From Phoronis australis (lineage: Eukaryota > Animalia > Phoronida), in NCBI GenBank assembly GCA_002633005.1, contig NMRA01000587.1, positions 1 through 64,000 of the forward strand: a DNA stretch of 64,000 nt, read 5' to 3'. The notes under the pieces are model-generated. The model was given only the letters and a program-made list of their open reading frames with translations. It searched no databases and was not told the DNA's origin. This document shows positions 59,101-64,000 of this stretch, piece by piece (positions within the stretch are counted from its first letter, which is position 1; the number at the start of each line of letters is the position of its first letter). The translations under genes were made by a program, and so were the position numbers.

Positions 59101-59314
59101 CCATCAAAAACTTGCGTTAGGAATAGTACAAGATAACGAAGACTCTCTCACTTAAGGTTGGTAATTAGCAAAATATTTGGTTATTGTGTCGAATAAATGA
59201 GCATGTGAACTAGAAGTGAAGTTCATGCCCGATACCATTGTTTCCTCTCGTCAATAAATCAACTAATGGTATTTTTATTCCAGCTCTTCGCACAAACCCA
59301 TAGAAGCAAACACA

Positions 59315-60001
59315 ATGTCTTTCTCCAATCAACTTCGTCGTGCCGTACTTCAGTCAGCTAGAGCTAATCAAATTGCACGTGCATCATCCCAACTTCAATC
59401 GTCACGTGCCTTGTCTGTTGTCACCACTAGAAAAACGAAGAATGCGTTACTGAAATCTGACACATGTAACCATGGAACATCGCGTAATTACTGTGCATGT
59501 CCATCGTGCGGCAGTAAGCTAGTCGACAGCGCTCAGCATGTTAACGATATGGCACTGAGTGCTGCTGTAGCTAAGCCAACGCCACAAACGTCCACGGTTG
59601 CTGCAGTTGCCGAACCTGAGCATCCATTGATAATCCCAGAAGAAAATGCCAGCGTATGTCCTCACTGTGAAGATCTAAACAAAGGCTTAGCTGACAACTG
59701 CCCATACCGAAGGGACTGTCAGTGTTCAAACTGTACTAATTCATCTGTCAAGACAGAAGGTCCCGATGAGTCCAAAAAGTCCGGATCTTCGTGGGGGAAG
59801 TGGCTATTACCAGCCGCAGTTGCGCTGACTGGTCTTGGCGGATGGGCAGCGTGGGCAGGTCTTATACCATTACCGGAAGAATGGAAGACACCTAGTGCCG
59901 GGGAACCTATTGTCCTGGATGAATCGGGTGCGACCGAAGTGGAAGACCGACGTGAAGACGCGCAATATGAATCTGACTACAACGATAAGAAATGGAGCTA
60001 A
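59315..60001 (+). CDS. 228-aa predicted mitochondrial membrane protein: presequence, Cys-rich region, single TM, acidic tail
   Basis: Arg/Ser/Ala/Leu-rich, acid-free first ~48 aa; CACPSC, CPHC, CPYRRDCQCSNC; TM WLLPAAVALTGLGGWAAWAGLI; AATAAA at 60154. Confidence 0.8.
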   Translation: MSFSNQLRRAVLQSARANQIARASSQLQSSRALSVVTTRKTKNALLKSDTCNHGTSRNYCACPSCGSKLVDSAQHVNDMALSAAVAKPTPQTSTVAAVAEPEHPLIIPEENASVCPHCEDLNKGLADNCPYRRDCQCSNCTNSSVKTEGPDESKKSGSSWGKWLLPAAVALTGLGGWAAWAGLIPLPEEWKTPSAGEPIVLDESGATEVEDRREDAQYESDYNDKKWS

Positions 60002-61106
60002 ATCTAATTATAAGCCACCGGTACTGTTGAAACAAAACTAGTCTTCGTGGTCTAGAATATGTCACGCTGAATAACAAGGAAACAATGAAACAAAACAAGT
60101 TTAAACAAAAGTCATTTGATGTTATGATAAAACGCAAAAACAGCAAGAGAGCTAATAAAAATATGTGAAAATGACAATAATCTTGTTGTTTAGTATTGAT
60201 TTTACGTGTGAGCCTTCATGTACGATATAAGGACGAGAGTGACCTTGTTTTGACACCGGCTTTTTCTTCAAAATGACTACAACTTACAGTGACAGGACAT
60301 TTGAGAAAGCAAAGCATTTTTTATTTTCTGGAAATTTACTTCGAATTTTAGGTATTCATTGACCTTATGCACAATATTTGAATCTGCTGAAAGTATTCCT
60401 ATTAAAAATACTCCCGGAAGACGTTTCCAAGATAGTCAGCTCTAAAAAAGTTAAAATGAATTTTGTACGGCAGTAATTTAGGGATCTTGTTTAGAATGTG
60501 TCAAAAAAATAAACGCAATACATTTTGTCCCATTCGCGTTGAATCTGTCGTGGAAAATACGGCCATGTAACAATGTCTTCGAAATCTTCAACAGTCACCT
60601 TTGTTTAACATTGAAGTTTCAAATGGTAAGTCAATGTCGACTAGACGTCGTTAGGCCGTTAGATCATCAAACTTTCGGAAAATAGCTTAAAGTAAAACAA
60701 TTGTAGCAGGGTAATTACCACTCAACATGCAACCAGGTCTCAATCGTAACATCTGGAACAGGACTGTTAATTATATGACAGTTCTGTCTCAGTTTTCATA
60801 TGTCATATCGTCTGCAACTCAGGCATCGATTCATCGCCAATATCAAATGTTGTTGTTATTTAACTATTTTCAGGAGATATTTCAAGTTCAATGCAAATTT
60901 ACCGTTGCTTTTTTCTTTGTTACCTCTTTTCAAGTAACAAATCGTTATATATAAAACTGTTTCTTTTACTAGAGAACACTTGCAACCTAACGCACAAGTA
61001 CATACATATAGGGTGTGATCCGCCACGTGAACAGTCAGAGTGTAGCATTTAAAAAAATCTGCGGAAAAAATGGAAGAAACTTAGGAATTCGAAGCGAATG
61101 GGATAA

Positions 61107-61235
61107 ATACAAAACGTACCTCGATTGGCGTACATGAAATAATATCCCGCTCGACATTATTCCTCGGTCGATACGCAGAATAATGTCTCGTTGGATATTA
61201 CTTCATGTACGCCACTCTTGGTACGTTTTGTGTAT
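61107..61235. repeat. ~125-bp imperfect palindrome (hairpin/foldback element)
   Basis: caaaacgtacc..tggcgtacatgaa.taatatcc..gacattattc is mirrored by gaataatgtc..ggatatta.ttcatgtacgcca..ggtacgttttg. Confidence 0.85.
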
Positions 61236-62823
61236 GTATTGACCCTAGAAGTAGATGGGTGAATTTACTTTGGCTACCGAAGGAGTGCGTTTACACTTGC
61301 ACCCTATGGTTACTGGTATGCAGATAACTGTTGTCTTAAAATTGCAACATCAGTTGAAATAACAGATATCGAGATATATTTGCTTGCAGCAAGACCATTT
61401 GTAAAACTCTGACCCGGTATGGCCGTTTGCGCATATTATCCGAGAGCTCTTGTAAACCTTGCTATGCGCCATTAAAAGGGGGCTGCCATTCAGTGATTAC
61501 CCGACTTGTCTCCAATGAGGTTCTGAAAACAGCAGGTATACCAATGGTGTTCAGCACCAGCGAAAAGGGAGATACGTCTACTGCAGAGGACGAACGAGAA
61601 CTAGGCCTACTACGGCAACATCAATATCCTCTGTAGCATCACTGACAATCACTTCTCATTGTTAGACATAAATGGACGAAATGCACCTTCAGTGGATGTT
61701 AAGTATTATAGAGATACAAAAGACGGCCTCATGCAGTCTATCACTGTCTGGGCCATAATCTCTGTAGCTCACAGTCACGTGGTTTACCTCCATAACTTCA
61801 GGCATATTTGATTTATTCGAATTGTCTTTAAACTACTATACGTGTAAGTCGACGACTGTCCTTCTGCAATACAAGTATCAATAAGCTTACGTAGGACTTC
61901 ATTGACCGTCTGTGTATTAAGTGAAATATCGAGCACATGTACAAAAGAACAGATTTTTAACACAGTAGTTGTACGTATTATCGGAAAGAGGATAGCCTGC
62001 GAAATATGATTTTTAACTTTGTACCAATCTCCTATTGATTGAGTCATGTTAAATTTAGGAAAAAACGAAGGTCCATTGATAGTGTATTTATACCGAATTT
62101 TTGCTGCCTCCTTATCCAAACCATTTGGCGATATCTTGCGAAGTCTTGCGCGATCTTCCTGTACTAGCGATTTCCTTTACGGAGAGAGGCTTGGTGCCTA
62201 AAAATACCTGTCGAAATGTCTGTAGCCACGTGCACAACTAAAACCACTGTCCTGGAACAATTAGTGGGTCATTTTTATTAGGCTTACTGCCACCGGTATC
62301 GTTAAAATCCACTCCATATGGCGCAGGCTTCGAAACTTCACAGGTGTATCTTTAGGCCCGTTCAAGCGAGTGATTTTTCGACATCTTTTCCGTGAAATTT
62401 TCAAACGTCTGGGCAAAACTAATAATTCTGCAATTTTTGCATTCAAGAGAAAAAATCAAGAATCTTAAAAAAATTGCAAAATGCTGCTTAAAAAGCTCGC
62501 ATAAACCTCTATGTTCTCTTACTAGACTCCTTTGCTGACACTTTAAACGCGTCGCTTACGGCAAAGATGGAGCTCAGTTTATTTCCTGTTTCGTCACGGA
62601 AATGCCATACGGTCGCAGACGGTACAGGTAAAACTCGTATGCATACATTTCTTGTGCTGTGATGTAGTGGAAGGAAATGGCATAGTCGCTGATAGCTGAC
62701 AGTCCCTGAAATGACGTGTACATTTGAAGACACTTCAAGCACATGAACTTCGAGTTTGCAAATACGAAGCGACCTCATAATCTGGGGTTGTATTTGATTC
62801 GATAAATGTTGCTGACAAAATAA

Positions 62824-63192
62824 AAGGATACCGAACCCAGTTTTGTCCTACTAACAGATATTAAAAAACGACATTCCCATGTAATTCCCTGAAACAAAGT
62901 GATGCTTAATAAAACTCAACAATTCTCAAAAGTTTTTAGGAAAATCTGATCTCCTTTCGAAGTCTGTAAAATTGGCAAGCGTGATCTACGCTTATAGCGA
63001 ATTGCAAGAAAACTAAGACACCTGGTGGAGAAAGGTCACTCACCAAGAACCATGACACCCAATCTGTGACATAGGGAGTATAAATGCATAGTTGAGTCCT
63101 GTTTTTATCTTTCAATATTGCCGCCAATGAGTCATTAACACGTGACAGTCCGAGAATTGGCTGAAATCGTCAAAACAGGGTTTAGTATCCTT
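62824..63192. mobile_element. Non-autonomous Kolobok-like MITE (369 bp)
   Basis: 22-bp TIRs aaggataccgaacccagttttg / caaaacagggtttagtatcctt (3 mismatches), flanked by ATAA (62820-62823) and TTAA (63193-63196). Confidence 0.65.
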
Positions 63193-64000
63193 TTAAGTAA
63201 AGGAGTGTTCTTTTATTAGTTAGACAAGATCCTTATCAATCACGTCTGTTCGTTTGAATTCATCATGCTGGTATGAGCACGCGGCCACGTGTCCAGACAG
63301 GTACGGATACTGGCAGGGGTTCAAAGCAGAAAATATCATGACCTTCATCAAAGATCAGAAGCAGCAAGATTGAATTTTATCTGAATATAACACGACTCTC
63401 CTTTCACTCTCAGTTCTCAAAATAGTTTATGAAGACCAAAAAATTAGGTCGTAAATTCGTTTGATAAAAGGATAATCGTTTGTGTTTTTACCACGGTGCA
63501 ATAACTGCACAATACGAACTTGTAAATAAATCGTTGGTCCAATGTTGACTTTAAACTTTGTTCTTTTACTACTGTTAAAACAGTTAAAAAAACTAAAATA
63601 TTTGAGTCACCAATTGATCACTCTATCATGACAATTTAAATTTATCATTATGGTGCGATGACAAAAACGTCCTCTCATAGGAAATTCATAGCTTCTAGAA
63701 CTTTACAGCTCGTCAAAAGGCCTAGCACTGGATTTGAAAGACTCGGGTGAGGCTTGTGGTTGAAACTGACCCTTAACTTCGGACAAAAAATTATAAAATT
63801 GGGAAAACAACAAAAAATCGGGCAGCAGAGTATCCAATGGAAATACAAGCGAAATATATCTAAAAGGGGAGTTAATTCAGTGGCGACCGTGAGCGGATTT
63901 GATGGCGAAACTGGTAATGACCGGGAGGGGTGAAATTGGTCTCGACCAGGGGTACGGTTGGTGAACGGCGGAAGTGAGATTGGTGGCGACTGACTGAGGA

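Noticed and set aside
31313-60001. Endogenous giant-virus or Polinton insertion as the source of the intronless ORFs
   Set aside because: No capsid, polymerase, integrase or ATPase motifs and no bounding TIRs seen; host-like UTR introns, promoter motifs and poly(A) signals are present. Not fully excluded without searches.

Overview
AT-rich eukaryotic genomic DNA, most likely from an invertebrate animal (GT-AG introns, tRNA-derived SINEs, MITEs, no operon structure). The left third holds a 12-exon TPR gene of the TTC24 type (+, 6996-22318). My hand-assembled model is 860 aa, includes two 12-nt micro-exons and ends in a CaaX box (CIIL). The middle holds a decayed 4,974-bp Kolobok-type DNA transposon (25833-30806) with TTAA target duplication and 19-bp TIRs. 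It carries convergent THAP-transposase and P2X7-ballast-like (KolX) pseudogenes and several nested small elements. The right half (31.3-60 kb) is an unusual, tightly packed cluster of five uninterrupted ORFs (1949, 1873, 1046, 2412 and 228 aa) in which I recognise no known folded domain. Two neighbours have mitochondrial-presequence-like N-termini and share Cys motifs, and the larger carries a repeated C-x7-C-x2-C motif. Another has a palmitoylated transmembrane-adaptor-like N-terminus plus WTEV repeats. Several putative promoters carry CRE/bZIP sites. I infer a lineage-specific, possibly sperm-related gene cluster, but this is untested. No homology searches were run; family calls rest on motif recognition.
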